The notes beneath the pieces are model-generated. The model saw only the letters and a list, made by a program, of their open reading frames with translations. It did no database searches and was not told the DNA's origin. From assembly GCF_003018115.1 (NCBI RefSeq), contig NZ_CP027457.1: 64,000 bases of DNA. One strand, 5' to 3'. Of this stretch, positions 46,149-57,710 are shown piece by piece; position 1 is the first letter of the stretch; each line of letters starts with the position of its first letter. Source of the stretch: Escherichia coli (GTDB lineage Bacteria > Pseudomonadota > Gammaproteobacteria > Enterobacterales > Enterobacteriaceae). The position numbers and the translations under genes were made by a program.

Positions 46149-47429
46149 ATGAAATATCCGACAGGCGTGGAAAACCATGGAGGGAAATTACGTATCTGGT
46201 TTGTTTATAAAGACGTAAGAGTCAGGGAAAATCTGGGGGTTCCTGACACAGCAAAAAACAGGCGCGTTGCAGGTGAACTACGCTCCTCTGTTTGTTACGC
46301 AATAAAAACTGGTGTTTTCGACTATGCAAAACAGTTTCCCTCCTCACGCAATCTGGAAAAATTTGGTGAGGCCCGACAAGATTTAACCATAAAAGAACTG
46401 GCTGAAAAATTTCTGGCACTGAAAGAAACTGAAGTCGCCAAAACATCACTCAACACATACCGTGCCGTCATCAAAAATATCCTGAGCATAATCGGTGAAA
46501 AAAATCTTGCCTCATCGATTAATAAAGAAAAATTACTGGAGGTTCGTAAAGAGTTACTGACTGGATACCAGATCCCCAAAAGTAACTATATTGTTACACA
46601 ACCAGGGAGATCGGCTGTAACTGTAAATAATTACATGACAAATCTTAACGCCGTGTTCCAGTTTGGTGTTGATAACGGTTACCTGGCAGATAATCCGTTT
46701 AAGGGGATCTCGCCATTAAAGGAATCAAGAACCATTCCGGATCCTCTTTCGCGGGAAGAATTTATCCGTCTTATCGATGCGTGCAGAAATCAGCAAGCAA
46801 AAAATTTATGGTGTGTTTCTGTTTATACTGGAGTTCGCCCTGGTGAGCTGTGTGCACTTGGATGGGAGGACATAGATCTGAAAAATGGAACAATGATGAT
46901 CAGGAGAAATTTAGCAAAAGACCGTTTCACGGTACCAAAAACACAGGCGGGAACCAATCGGGTCATTCATCTTATTAAGCCAGCAATCGACGCTCTCCGG
47001 AGTCAGATGACATTAACGAGACTGAGCAAAGAGCATATCATTGATGTTCACCTCAGAGAGTATGGCAGAACAGAAAAACAAAAATGCACCTTTGTTTTTC
47101 AACCTGAAGTGTCAGCGAGAGTAAAAAATTATGGTGACCATTTTACCGTTGACTCAATAAGGCAGATGTGGGACGCAGCGATAAAACGTGCCGGACTCCG
47201 CCATCGAAAATCATATCAGTCGAGACATACTTATGCCTGCTGGTCGCTGACAGCTGGTGCTAACCCGGCATTTATAGCAAACCAGATGGGCCATGCAGAT
47301 GCGCAAATGGTATTTCAGGTATACGGAAAATGGATGTCTGAAAACAATAATGCACAGGTAGCTTTGTTAAATACACAGTTAAGCGAGTTTGCCCCAACCA
47401 TGCCCCATAACGAAGCAATGAAAAATTAA
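46149..47429 (+). CDS. intQ: Tyrosine recombinase / phage integrase (full-length)
   Basis: ORF track 46134-47429; C-terminal catalytic region with R...HxxR...Y pattern (ending HTYACW). Confidence 0.85.
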   Translation: MKYPTGVENHGGKLRIWFVYKDVRVRENLGVPDTAKNRRVAGELRSSVCYAIKTGVFDYAKQFPSSRNLEKFGEARQDLTIKELAEKFLALKETEVAKTSLNTYRAVIKNILSIIGEKNLASSINKEKLLEVRKELLTGYQIPKSNYIVTQPGRSAVTVNNYMTNLNAVFQFGVDNGYLADNPFKGISPLKESRTIPDPLSREEFIRLIDACRNQQAKNLWCVSVYTGVRPGELCALGWEDIDLKNGTMMIRRNLAKDRFTVPKTQAGTNRVIHLIKPAIDALRSQMTLTRLSKEHIIDVHLREYGRTEKQKCTFVFQPEVSARVKNYGDHFTVDSIRQMWDAAIKRAGLRHRKSYQSRHTYACWSLTAGANPAFIANQMGHADAQMVFQVYGKWMSENNNAQVALLNTQLSEFAPTMPHNEAMKN

Positions 47430-47616
47430 TTTAATATTTATCAAATAGTTAACACGCATGACTCTTGAAATCCATAAATTCAAGCGCAGTGCCCAGCCAT
47501 CCCGATACCGCTGCTTTCACCAAATCCTTAGTGCTTCTTTCGTGTTTTTCTATTGTCATAATGGTTATCTCTAAAAAAGAGGTAAGATGCGTACTACTTA
47601 CTCGCCGTTATTGGTA

Positions 47617-48636
47617 TTATTCAGAAAAAGTGAGTAAGACTTTGCAGCAATGTTTTTGATCCTGTTCAAATAAACTAATGGCATCAGCAACATGCTGGAA
47701 ATCAAACGTATGGGTAATTAATTTTTCTGGTTTAATTAACCCTTTACTTAACCAGTCGATAACGACCGGAAATTTATTTGCATTTAAGCGTGAAGAGAAA
47801 ATAGAGAGTTCTTTTCCGGTAATTCCTTGCTGAATCACTTCAGACGGTTCACTGGAGAACCCCATCAATACAATACGTGCCGCTGGAGAAGCCAGCGTTA
47901 CGGCCTCTTTCAAGATAGAAGGATGACAAGCCGCATCGATAATTAATGTCGGCTTGATGCCTTTTTCAGTGAAAATCTCGCCAAGCGGTGTCTGGCTGTT
48001 ATTAATCGCCCAGTCAGCCCCGCTCTCTTTCGCTTTTTCCAGTCGTTCATCAATGCGATCGGCAACAATCACATTTTTAACGTTATAGACGCCTTTTAAT
48101 ACCTGAACGATCGTCAGGCCGATTGGACCGGCACCATAAACCAGAACGGTATCATTTTCTGTCGGTTGACCATGTCCGGTTACGTTAGCCGCAATGGTAA
48201 AAGGTTCGATCATTACCGCATATTGATCGGCCACTGCTTCAGGAATTTTCCACGCATTTTTTGCCGGAACCACGGCATATTCACTGAAACCACCGTCAGC
48301 GTGCACACCTAATACAGCCAGTGTCATACAAACGTTCGGTTTACCTATAGAGCACGGATAGCAATGCCCACAGCTGACCACCGGATCGACAGCAACACGT
48401 TCACCGACTCTGGCGCTTTCCACGCCGTCACCCACTGCATCAATGACGCCAAAGAATTCATGACCAATGACGCGCGGATATTTCGCAAAAGGATTATGCC
48501 CACGATAAATATGGCTATCTGAACCACAAATTCCGGCAAGTTTCACTTTTACTCGTACTTCACCCGCTGACGGGGTGGGTATTTCACGTTCGACAATCGC
48601 CAGTTGATTCGGTTTTTCAATTAATATGCTTTTCAT
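47617..48636 (-). CDS. rspB: Zn-dependent alcohol dehydrogenase family protein RspB
   Basis: ORF track 47617-48660 trimmed to MKSILIEKPN, 339 aa; GHEFFG and Cys zinc ligands. Confidence 0.9.
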   Translation of the reverse strand: MKSILIEKPNQLAIVEREIPTPSAGEVRVKVKLAGICGSDSHIYRGHNPFAKYPRVIGHEFFGVIDAVGDGVESARVGERVAVDPVVSCGHCYPCSIGKPNVCMTLAVLGVHADGGFSEYAVVPAKNAWKIPEAVADQYAVMIEPFTIAANVTGHGQPTENDTVLVYGAGPIGLTIVQVLKGVYNVKNVIVADRIDERLEKAKESGADWAINNSQTPLGEIFTEKGIKPTLIIDAACHPSILKEAVTLASPAARIVLMGFSSEPSEVIQQGITGKELSIFSSRLNANKFPVVIDWLSKGLIKPEKLITHTFDFQHVADAISLFEQDQKHCCKVLLTFSE

Positions 48637-48647
48637 TATCTTACTCC

Positions 48648-49862
48648 TTACCAGTTCCACAGCGTGCCATCTTCCAGACGTGCGACTGGTAGATAAGCAG
48701 GTTCATAGGGATATTTCGCCGCCAGCTTTTCATCGAATTCGATACCAAGACCCGGTTTGTCTCCCGGATGCATATAGCCGTTATCGAAAGTCCAGTTGTG
48801 CGGGAAGACTTCGAGCATTTGTTCGGAATAACCCATGTATTCCTGGACACCGAAATTGGGGACCCACAGATCAAAATGCAGCGCCGCAGCCATGCAGACT
48901 GGTGACAAATCGGAAGGACCGTGTGAGCCAGTACGTACCTGATACAGCGAAGCAAAATCGGCAATCCGGCGCATACCGGTAATTCCGCCTGTATGGGTCA
49001 GCGTGGTGCGGATATAATCGATAAGTTGCTCTTCAATCAGTTGCTTGCAGTCCCAGATGCTGTTGAAGACTTCACCCACTGCGATGGGTGTGACGGTATG
49101 TTGGCGAATGAGACGGAAGCATTCCTGGTTTTCCGCAGGCGTCGGGTCTTCCATCCAGAACATGCGATAATCTTCAATGCTTTTACCAAAGCGCGCCGCT
49201 TCAATAGGCGTTAAGCGATGGTGCATGTCATGCAGCAAATGTTCATTAAAACCAAACTTGTTACGTACCGCGTCAAACAATTTCGGCATGAAATCGAGGT
49301 ATTTCTCCGTCGACCACAGCTGCTCTTCCGGCCACTGTCCTTTGGTTGCGGGTTCATAAGCCAGACCTTTACCTTTCGACATGCCGTAGGTGGTTTTCAT
49401 ACCAGGGATTCCGCACTGCACGCGGATGGCTTTGAATCCCAGCTCCTGATGACGGGCATAATCATCCAGAGCTTCATCAATACTGTGACCGGTGGTATGG
49501 CAATAAACCATCACCCCTTCACGAGACGCGCCGCCGAGTAACTGGTAAAGCGGCATGTTGGCAGCTTTGGCTTTAATATCCCACAGCGCCATATCAACCG
49601 CTGAAATGGCCGACATCGTAACCGGACCGCGACGCCAGTAAGCACCTTTATAGAAAAACTGCCAGATATCTTCGATACGGTGCGCATCGCGACCAATAAG
49701 CTGCGGACAAAGGTGATCCTGCAAATAAGAGGCCACGGAAAGCTCACGTCCATTGAGGGTGGCATCCCCAAGGCCCGTAATACCGTCCTCAGTGGTGATT
49801 TTTAATGTGACGAAATTACGCCCCGGACAGGTAACAAAAACTTCAGCCTTTACGATCTTCAT
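48648..49862 (-). CDS. rspA: Starvation-sensing protein RspA (enolase superfamily, mannonate dehydratase-like)
   Basis: ORF track 48648-49895 trimmed to [10 protein letters not shown], 404 aa. Confidence 0.9.
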   Translation of the reverse strand: MKIVKAEVFVTCPGRNFVTLKITTEDGITGLGDATLNGRELSVASYLQDHLCPQLIGRDAHRIEDIWQFFYKGAYWRRGPVTMSAISAVDMALWDIKAKAANMPLYQLLGGASREGVMVYCHTTGHSIDEALDDYARHQELGFKAIRVQCGIPGMKTTYGMSKGKGLAYEPATKGQWPEEQLWSTEKYLDFMPKLFDAVRNKFGFNEHLLHDMHHRLTPIEAARFGKSIEDYRMFWMEDPTPAENQECFRLIRQHTVTPIAVGEVFNSIWDCKQLIEEQLIDYIRTTLTHTGGITGMRRIADFASLYQVRTGSHGPSDLSPVCMAAALHFDLWVPNFGVQEYMGYSEQMLEVFPHNWTFDNGYMHPGDKPGLGIEFDEKLAAKYPYEPAYLPVARLEDGTLWNW

Positions 49863-50067
49863 GTTCGATTCCTTGCATCGCTTGTCGTGATGCATGAAAT
49901 CTACGCAACTGAGCTACTACCATACAAGTATGAAGATCAAAAAAAGCCGGAGTGATCACAAAAAAAGGCGTATATTTTCGCCATGAATGGTTGACAAAAG
50001 ATGAAATAGAGTACCTTTTATCAGCTGACGCTTCCTCGTATCTTATTGATAAAATGGATTTATGTTC

Positions 50068-50394
50068 CTACGTGCGCCCCCAGCCCGCAACAATGATCAA
50101 CATGCCGCAAAGCGCAATCAACGCACCCATCCAGTCATAAAGAGTCAGTTTCACGCCATCCACAACGCGCAGCCACATCAACGCCGTGCAGACATAAACG
50201 CCACCATAAGCCGCGTAAACACGCCCACTCGCCGCAGGATGCAACGTTAACAACCAGACAAACAGCGCCAGTGAAATCCCCGCCGGAAGCAACAGCCAGA
50301 TACTGGCGTTTCGTTTTAACCACAACCAGGGCAGAAAGCATCCAATAATTTCACACAGCGCAGTAGCAAAAAATAGTAACGTTGTTTTAATCAT
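50068..50394 (-). CDS. ynfA: UPF0060 inner membrane protein YnfA
   Basis: 108 aa, four TM segments. Confidence 0.85.
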   Translation of the reverse strand: MIKTTLLFFATALCEIIGCFLPWLWLKRNASIWLLLPAGISLALFVWLLTLHPAASGRVYAAYGGVYVCTALMWLRVVDGVKLTLYDWMGALIALCGMLIIVAGWGRT

Positions 50395-50528
50395 CTTTGT
50401 CACTTATTGACATCATGTATAGTTATAGGGCCACATAATATCATCAATATAAACACCCTCCTGGTACGTTTTGCGTTCGCAGTGGATGGTGTAGAATCAC
50501 CTTTAATCATTCATACAGGGAATGAATT

Positions 50529-50870
50529 ATGAAAATCACTCTCAGCAAACGAATCGGCCTGCTCGCTTTTCTGCTGCCTTGCGCACTGGCATTGAGCACA
50601 ACTGTTCATGCCGAAACTAACAAACTGGTGATTGAGTCTGGCGACAGTGCACAAAGCCGCCAGCACGCCGCTATGGAAAAAGAGCAATGGAATGACACGC
50701 GCAATCTGCGTCAGAAAGTGAATAAACGCACTGAAAAAGAGTGGGATAAAGCCGACGCCGCTTTTGATAACCGCGATAAATGTGAGCAAAGCGCCAACAT
50801 CAATGCCTACTGGGAGCCCAATACTTTGCGCTGCCTGGACCGTCGAACTGGCCGCGTTATTACCCCCTAA
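50529..50870 (+). CDS. ynfB: Secreted protein YnfB
   Basis: 113 aa with signal peptide. Confidence 0.85.
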
Positions 50871-50904
50871 CCTGTTATTGATTTAAGGAATGTAAGGACA
50901 CGTT

Positions 50905-51465
50905 ATGCCAAGCGCCCACAGTGTTAAGCTACGCCCGCTGGAGCGTGAAGATTTACGCTATGTACATCAACTCGACAATAACGCCAGTGTGATGCGTTAC
51001 TGGTTTGAGGAACCCTACGAAGCCTTTGTTGAACTCTCTGATCTGTATGATAAGCATATTCACGATCAGAGCGAACGGCGCTTTGTGGTGGAATGTGACG
51101 GCGAAAAAGCCGGTCTGGTGGAGCTGGTGGAAATTAACCATGTTCATCGCCGCGCAGAATTTCAGATAATTATCTCCCCGGAGTATCAGGGGAAAGGTCT
51201 GGCAACCCGTGCCGCCAAATTAGCAATGGACTATGGCTTCACCGTTCTCAATCTCTATAAGCTGTATCTGATCGTCGATAAAGAGAATGAAAAAGCGATT
51301 CACATTTACCGCAAGCTTGGCTTTACGGTTGAAGGTGAATTGATGCATGAGTTCTTTATTAATGGTCAATATCGTAATGCCATTCGCATGTGTATATTCC
51401 AGCATCAGTATCTGGCAGAGCACAAAACACCGGGTCAGACTCTCCTGAAGCCGACCGCACAATAG
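50905..51465 (+). CDS. speG: Spermidine N1-acetyltransferase SpeG (GNAT)
   Basis: 186 aa, SpeG sequence. Confidence 0.95.
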   Translation: MPSAHSVKLRPLEREDLRYVHQLDNNASVMRYWFEEPYEAFVELSDLYDKHIHDQSERRFVVECDGEKAGLVELVEINHVHRRAEFQIIISPEYQGKGLATRAAKLAMDYGFTVLNLYKLYLIVDKENEKAIHIYRKLGFTVEGELMHEFFINGQYRNAIRMCIFQHQYLAEHKTPGQTLLKPTAQ

Positions 51466-51467
51466 CA

Positions 51468-52178
51468 TTAATAATAATCGATCGTATTTTTGATGGTGTA
51501 AACCCGTTCGACGGCGGGTTTTACTCCTTCATCAACAATGATCAGCTGACAGTCCACCGGATTGGCGTGACTGTCATATTCACAGCTCTGTTTTACATTA
51601 CCAACTCGTTGATTATTCAGTAAAGTAACCGCTGTGTAATCTAATTTTTTGATCGGGTCCGTTGATGGCGTGGCGCTGACAGATAATGTTTTGTCGTTAC
51701 TTTTCGTGGTTTTACCCAGTGGATAACCCTGATCATCATAGCGATATTCCATCTGCATTTGTTTGCTGCTGGCTTTAATCACGAAGCCATTATCATCGGT
51801 TTCCCAACTCACCCCGGCGGAAGGTAATTCCGCTAGCTGGCATTTTCCCTGTAAACGTACTCTCTTCTCCAGCGTCTCGGCATCACGGTAATAATTGGCG
51901 TCCAGTACCAGAGCGACCACGGTATTATTTTCCAGATCCAGTAATTCGAGTGAATCAAAACAGCCTTCTTCCGACAAAGTCCCCGAAACACGTTTCGTCA
52001 CTTCACCTTGCTCATCCATTAATGTCTGAGTGAAATCTTTTACCGGACCACGCAGCGGATCAAAATCGAATTCATTAGAGAAACTGGCCATCTCAGGAGT
52101 AAATGAAAGTGTTACCTCTGTGCGGTCACATCCTGTGAGGAATATCGCGAGTAAGCATGGTAGTAATTTGTATTTCAC
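51468..52178 (-). CDS. ynfC: Lipoprotein YnfC
   Basis: ORF track 51468-52214; lipobox LTGC; start probably the alternative codon at V13 giving 236 aa. Confidence 0.8.
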   Translation of the reverse strand: MKYKLLPCLLAIFLTGCDRTEVTLSFTPEMASFSNEFDFDPLRGPVKDFTQTLMDEQGEVTKRVSGTLSEEGCFDSLELLDLENNTVVALVLDANYYRDAETLEKRVRLQGKCQLAELPSAGVSWETDDNGFVIKASSKQMQMEYRYDDQGYPLGKTTKSNDKTLSVSATPSTDPIKKLDYTAVTLLNNQRVGNVKQSCEYDSHANPVDCQLIIVDEGVKPAVERVYTIKNTIDYY

Positions 52179-52285
52179 AACAGTCACCAGAGAGTAGAGA
52201 TGATTCTCAATCATAGTAGCAAATACAGTACTTTACACGTTAAATGCTATGCTTAAAGAAGTTATCTTCGCGTAAGGAGCTTATG

Positions 52286-52591
52286 ATGAAACTCTCAACC
52301 TGCTGTGCCGCGCTTCTGCTCGCCCTCGCCTCACCCGCGGTACTTGCCGCGCCGGGATCCTGTGAGCGCATACAGAGCGATATATCACAGCGCATTATCA
52401 ATAATGGCGTACCCGAAAGCAGCTTCACGTTAAGTATTGTACCCAATGACCAGGTTGATCAGCCTGATTCCCAGGTCGTCGGGCATTGTGCTAATGATAC
52501 GCATAAAATTCTCTACACCCGCACCACCAGCGGTAACGTCTCTGCTCCCGCGCAGTCTACCCAGGATGGCGCGCCTGCCGAACCGCAGTAA
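52286..52591 (+). CDS. ynfD: Secreted protein YnfD
   Basis: ORF track 52244-52591 trimmed to MKLSTCCAALLLALASPAVLA, 101 aa. Confidence 0.8.
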   Translation: MKLSTCCAALLLALASPAVLAAPGSCERIQSDISQRIINNGVPESSFTLSIVPNDQVDQPDSQVVGHCANDTHKILYTRTTSGNVSAPAQSTQDGAPAEPQ

Positions 52592-52789
52592 CACATTATC
52601 GACTGAACGCCGGATATGACACATCCGGCGATTTGAACATACAACATAATCCCACCATATTACTCATACCCTTCTATTGATGTGGATTAATAATTCTTAA
52701 CCCAAAATGGGTAGACTTCCTCTATTGTTAGCGCGCTAAATATTCAATATATAAACATTTATATAACGATAAAGAACAGGGAGTGAGTT

Positions 52790-55216
52790 ATGTCAAAAAA
52801 TGACCGAATGGTGGGCATCAGCCGCAGAACACTCGTTAAATCTACCGCGATAGGTTCTCTGGCGCTGGCTGCAGGCGGTTTTTCTTTGCCGTTTACCCTG
52901 CGCAGTGCAGCAGCAGCGGTACAACAGGCCCGCGAAAAAGTGGTCTGGGGTGCCTGTTCCGTCAACTGTGGTAGCCGCTGTGCACTTCGTCTACATGTTA
53001 AAGATAATGAAGTGACCTGGGTGGAAACTGACAATACCGGCAGCGATGAGTACGGCAACCATCAGGTACGCGCCTGTTTGCGCGGTCGCTCCATCCGCCG
53101 GCGTATTAATCATCCCGATCGCTTGAATTACCCAATGAAACGCGTGGGTAAACGCGGTGAAGGCAAATTCGAACGGATTAGCTGGGATGAAGCCCTGGAT
53201 ACTATCGCCAGTAGCCTGAAGAAAACCGTCGAACAATATGGCAATGAGGCTGTATATATTCAGTACTCTTCGGGGATCGTTGGCGGCAATATGACCCGCT
53301 CTTCGCCATCAGCCTCGGCGGTCAAACGCCTGATGAACTGCTACGGCGGTTCACTCAATCAGTATGGCTCCTACAGCACCGCACAAATTTCCTGTGCCAT
53401 GCCCTACACCTACGGCAGTAATGATGGCAACAGCACCACGGATATTGAAAACAGCAAGCTGGTCGTGATGTTTGGTAACAACCCGGCAGAAACCCGCATG
53501 AGCGGCGGTGGCATCACTTATCTTCTTGAAAAAGCGCGCGAGAAATCGAACGCCAAAATGATTGTTATCGATCCGCGATATACCGATACGGCTGCTGGTC
53601 GTGAAGATGAATGGCTTCCTATTCGCCCGGGCACCGATGCCGCGCTGGTTGCGGGGATTGCCTGGGTATTGATTAACGAAAATCTCGTTGATCAACCTTT
53701 TCTCGATAAATACTGCGTCGGCTATGACGAAAATACCTTACCCGCAGATGCACCCAAAAATGGTCACTATAAAGCCTATATTCTTGGTGAAGGAAACGAT
53801 AAAACAGCGAAAACGCCGCAGTGGGCTTCGCAAATTACCGGTATCCCGGTGGACCGTATCATCAAACTGGCGCGTGAAATTGGCACAGCAAAACCCGCTT
53901 ATATCTGCCAGGGCTGGGGGCCACAACGCCAGGCAAACGGCGAGCTGACCGCACGCGCTATTGCTATGTTGCCTATTCTGACGGGCAATGTCGGCATCAG
54001 CGGCGGAAATAGTGGCGCGCGTGAATCGACCTATACCATTACCATAGAACGCCTGCCGGTGCTGGATAATCCGGTCAAAACGTCAATCTCCTGCTTCAGC
54101 TGGACAGATGCTATCGATCATGGCCCGCAAATGACGGCAATCCGCGACGGCGTCCGGGGCAAAGATAAACTGGATGTGCCCATTAAGTTCATCTGGAACT
54201 ACGCGGGAAATACCCTGGTTAATCAGCATTCTGACATCAACAAAACGCATGAAATTCTGCAGGACGAATCGAAATGCGAAATGATTGTGGTCATCGAAAA
54301 CTTTATGACCTCATCGGCAAAATATGCCGACATTCTGCTGCCAGACCTGATGACCGTTGAGCAGGAAGATATTATTCCTAACGACTACGCCGGTAACATG
54401 GGATATCTCATTTTCCTCCAGCCAGTCACCAGCGAAAAATTCGAACGTAAACCGATTTACTGGATCCTGAGTGAAGTCGCGAAACGTCTTGGACCTGACG
54501 TCTATCAAAAGTTCACTGAAGGTCGCACGCAGGAACAATGGTTACAACATCTGTACGCCAAAATGCTTGCCAAAGATCCGGCGTTACCGTCTTACGACGA
54601 ACTGAAAAAAATGGGTATCTATAAGCGTAAAGATCCCAATGGTCATTTTGTCGCCTACAAAGCATTTCGTGACGACCCCGAGGCAAATCCACTTAAAACA
54701 CCTTCCGGTAAGATTGAAATTTATTCCAGCAAGCTGGCTGAAATTGCCCGTACCTGGGAACTGGAAAAAGATGAAGTGATAAGCCCACTGCCAGTTTATG
54801 CCTCTACCTTTGAAGGCTGGGACTCACCTGAACGTAGAACCTTCCCACTGCAACTGTTTGGTTTCCATTACAAATCCCGTACTCACTCGACCTACGGCAA
54901 TATTGATCTCCTGAAGGCTGCCTGCCGTCAGGAGGTGTGGATCAACCCTATAGATGCGCAGAAACGTGGGATTGCCAACGGCGATATGGTGCGGGTGTTT
55001 AACAATCGTGGCGAAGTTCGGCTACCAGCCAAAGTGACACCACGTATTCTCCCTGGAGTTAGCGCTATGGGCCAGGGAGCCTGGCACGAGGCCAATATGT
55101 CTGGCGATAAAATCGACCATGGAGGCTGTGTGAATACGCTAACCACTCTGCGCCCTTCACCACTGGCGAAGGGAAACCCGCAGCATACGAATCTGGTCGA
55201 GATCGAAAAAATATAA
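52790..55216 (+). CDS. ynfE: Molybdopterin oxidoreductase, DMSO/selenate reductase-type catalytic subunit YnfE (Tat signal)
   Basis: 808 aa, twin-arginine motif SRRTLVK, Cys cluster CSVNCGSRC. Confidence 0.9.
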   Translation: MSKNDRMVGISRRTLVKSTAIGSLALAAGGFSLPFTLRSAAAAVQQAREKVVWGACSVNCGSRCALRLHVKDNEVTWVETDNTGSDEYGNHQVRACLRGRSIRRRINHPDRLNYPMKRVGKRGEGKFERISWDEALDTIASSLKKTVEQYGNEAVYIQYSSGIVGGNMTRSSPSASAVKRLMNCYGGSLNQYGSYSTAQISCAMPYTYGSNDGNSTTDIENSKLVVMFGNNPAETRMSGGGITYLLEKAREKSNAKMIVIDPRYTDTAAGREDEWLPIRPGTDAALVAGIAWVLINENLVDQPFLDKYCVGYDENTLPADAPKNGHYKAYILGEGNDKTAKTPQWASQITGIPVDRIIKLAREIGTAKPAYICQGWGPQRQANGELTARAIAMLPILTGNVGISGGNSGARESTYTITIERLPVLDNPVKTSISCFSWTDAIDHGPQMTAIRDGVRGKDKLDVPIKFIWNYAGNTLVNQHSDINKTHEILQDESKCEMIVVIENFMTSSAKYADILLPDLMTVEQEDIIPNDYAGNMGYLIFLQPVTSEKFERKPIYWILSEVAKRLGPDVYQKFTEGRTQEQWLQHLYAKMLAKDPALPSYDELKKMGIYKRKDPNGHFVAYKAFRDDPEANPLKTPSGKIEIYSSKLAEIARTWELEKDEVISPLPVYASTFEGWDSPERRTFPLQLFGFHYKSRTHSTYGNIDLLKAACRQEVWINPIDAQKRGIANGDMVRVFNNRGEVRLPAKVTPRILPGVSAMGQGAWHEANMSGDKIDHGGCVNTLTTLRPSPLAKGNPQHTNLVEIEKI

Positions 55217-55273
55217 CCCACTACAACCATAAATTCTGGCATGACATTTTGTTTGAAAAGCAATAAGTGAGTA

Positions 55274-57700
55274 ATGATGAAAATCCATACCACAGAGGCG
55301 CTCATGAAGGCTGAAATCAGCCGTAGAAGTCTGATGAAAACCTCCGCACTTGGCAGTCTTGCGCTGGCAAGCAGTGCTTTCACTCTGCCATTTTCCCAAA
55401 TGGTCCGAGCGGCAGAGGCACCGGTAGAAGAGAAAGCGGTCTGGAGTTCCTGCACCGTTAACTGCGGGAGCCGCTGTCTGTTACGTTTGCATGTGAAAGA
55501 TGACACCGTGTACTGGGTGGAGTCTGATACGACAGGTGACGACGTCTACGGTAATCATCAGGTTCGTGCGTGTTTACGCGGGCGCTCTATCCGCCGACGG
55601 ATGAATCATCCTGATAGGTTGAAATATCCCATGAAGCGCGTCGGCAAGCGCGGTGAAGGTAAATTTGAACGGATAAGTTGGGACGAAGCCCTGGATACCA
55701 TCAGTGATAATCTTCGGCGGATCCTGAAAGATTACGGCAATGAGGCTGTACATGTCCTGTACGGAACAGGCGTAGATGGCGGAAACATCACCAACTCAAA
55801 CGTCCCGTACCGTCTGATGAACTCATGTGGTGGTTTTCTCAGTCGCTATGGCAGCTACAGTACCGCACAGATCAGTGCCGCAATGAGTTATATGTTCGGT
55901 GCCAATGATGGCAACAGCCCGGATGATATCGCCAATACGAAACTGGTCGTTATGTTCGGAAATAACCCGGCAGAAACACGGATGAGCGGCGGTGGTGTCA
56001 CTTACTACGTCGAGCAAGCCCGCGAACGTTCAAACGCACGCATGATCGTCATCGATCCACGTTATAACGACACAGCTGCCGGGCGTGAAGATGAATGGCT
56101 GCCCATTCGCCCTGGCACCGATGGCGCACTGGCCTGTGCGATTGCCTGGGTACTGATTACTGAAAACATGGTCGATCAGCCATTTCTCGACAAATATTGT
56201 GTTGGTTACGATGAAAAAACGCTGCCCGCCAACGCACCACGTAACGCGCATTATAAAGCCTATATTCTGGGCGAAGGGCCTGACGGCATAGCTAAAACGC
56301 CGGAATGGGCAGCAAAAATCACCAGCATCCCGGCAGAAAAAATTATCCAGTTGGCACGAGAGATCGGTTCAGCAAAACCTGCTTATATTTGTCAGGGTTG
56401 GGGGCCACAACGACACTCCAACGGCGAACAAACATCCCGCGCTATTGCCATGCTTTCCGTTCTCACCGGTAACGTCGGCATAAACGGCGGCAACTCAGGC
56501 GTACGCGAAGGTAGCTGGGATCTGGGGGTAGAATGGTTCCCGATGCTCGAGAATCCTGTTAAAACGCAGATTTCCGTCTTTACATGGACAGATGCCATCG
56601 ACCATGGTACGGAAATGACCGCGACCCGTGATGGTGTTCGTGGAAAAGAAAAACTGGATGTCCCCATCAAGTTTTTATGGTGCTACGCCAGTAACACATT
56701 GATCAATCAACATGGCGACATCAATCACACCCATGAGGTGCTTCAGGATGACAGCAAGTGCGAGATGATTGTTGGCATTGACCACTTCATGACTGCCTCG
56801 GCTAAGTATTGCGATATCCTGTTGCCCGACCTGATGCCAACAGAGCAAGAAGACCTTATCTCTCATGAATCTGCAGGGAATATGGGCTATGTGATCCTCG
56901 CCCAACCCGCAACCTCAGCAAAATTTGAACGCAAACCCATCTACTGGATGCTGAGTGAAGTCGCCAAACGCTTAGGACCAGACGTTTATCAAACCTTTAC
57001 TGAAGGTCGCAGTCAGCATGAATGGATCAAATATCTCCATGCGAAAACGAAGGAACGTAACCCTGAGATGCCCGACTACGAGGAGATGAAAACGACCGGG
57101 ATCTTTAAGAAAAAATGCCCGGAAGAACACTACGTCGCTTTCCGCGCATTCCGTGAAGATCCACAGGCAAACCCGTTGAAAACACCTTCGGGGAAAATCG
57201 AAATTTATTCTGAACGACTGGCGAAGATTGCAGATACCTGGGAATTGAAAAAAGATGAAGTTATTCATCCCCTTCCAGCTTATACGCCAGGTTTTGATGG
57301 CTGGGACGATCCCCTGCGGAAAACCTATCCACTGCAGTTAACGGGCTTCCACTACAAAGCGCGTACCCACTCCAGCTACGGCAATATTGATGTGTTACAG
57401 CAGGCCTGCCCACAAGAGGTGTGGATCAACCCCATTGATGCTCAGGCACGCGGTATCCGTCATGGCGATACCGTGCGGGTATTTAACAATAATGGAGAAA
57501 TGCTGATTGCCGCAAAAGTGACTCCGCGTATTCTGCCTGGCGTTACCGCCATCGGGCAAGGTGCGTGGCTTAAAGCGGATATGTTTGGTGACCGGGTCGA
57601 TCACGGCGGCAGTATTAATATTCTGACCTCTCACCGCCCTTCACCGCTGGCAAAGGGAAACCCGTCGCACAGCAATCTTGTCCAGATCGAAAAGGTTTAA
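55274..57700 (+). CDS. ynfF: DMSO reductase-type catalytic subunit paralog YnfF (Tat signal)
   Basis: 808 aa, tandem paralog of ynfE. Confidence 0.9.
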   Translation: MMKIHTTEALMKAEISRRSLMKTSALGSLALASSAFTLPFSQMVRAAEAPVEEKAVWSSCTVNCGSRCLLRLHVKDDTVYWVESDTTGDDVYGNHQVRACLRGRSIRRRMNHPDRLKYPMKRVGKRGEGKFERISWDEALDTISDNLRRILKDYGNEAVHVLYGTGVDGGNITNSNVPYRLMNSCGGFLSRYGSYSTAQISAAMSYMFGANDGNSPDDIANTKLVVMFGNNPAETRMSGGGVTYYVEQARERSNARMIVIDPRYNDTAAGREDEWLPIRPGTDGALACAIAWVLITENMVDQPFLDKYCVGYDEKTLPANAPRNAHYKAYILGEGPDGIAKTPEWAAKITSIPAEKIIQLAREIGSAKPAYICQGWGPQRHSNGEQTSRAIAMLSVLTGNVGINGGNSGVREGSWDLGVEWFPMLENPVKTQISVFTWTDAIDHGTEMTATRDGVRGKEKLDVPIKFLWCYASNTLINQHGDINHTHEVLQDDSKCEMIVGIDHFMTASAKYCDILLPDLMPTEQEDLISHESAGNMGYVILAQPATSAKFERKPIYWMLSEVAKRLGPDVYQTFTEGRSQHEWIKYLHAKTKERNPEMPDYEEMKTTGIFKKKCPEEHYVAFRAFREDPQANPLKTPSGKIEIYSERLAKIADTWELKKDEVIHPLPAYTPGFDGWDDPLRKTYPLQLTGFHYKARTHSSYGNIDVLQQACPQEVWINPIDAQARGIRHGDTVRVFNNNGEMLIAAKVTPRILPGVTAIGQGAWLKADMFGDRVDHGGSINILTSHRPSPLAKGNPSHSNLVQIEKV

Positions 57701-57710
57701 GGAGTAGCCC

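Noticed and set aside
53351-57268. Multiple 60-115-aa minus-strand ORFs
   Set aside because: All antisense within ynfE and ynfF.
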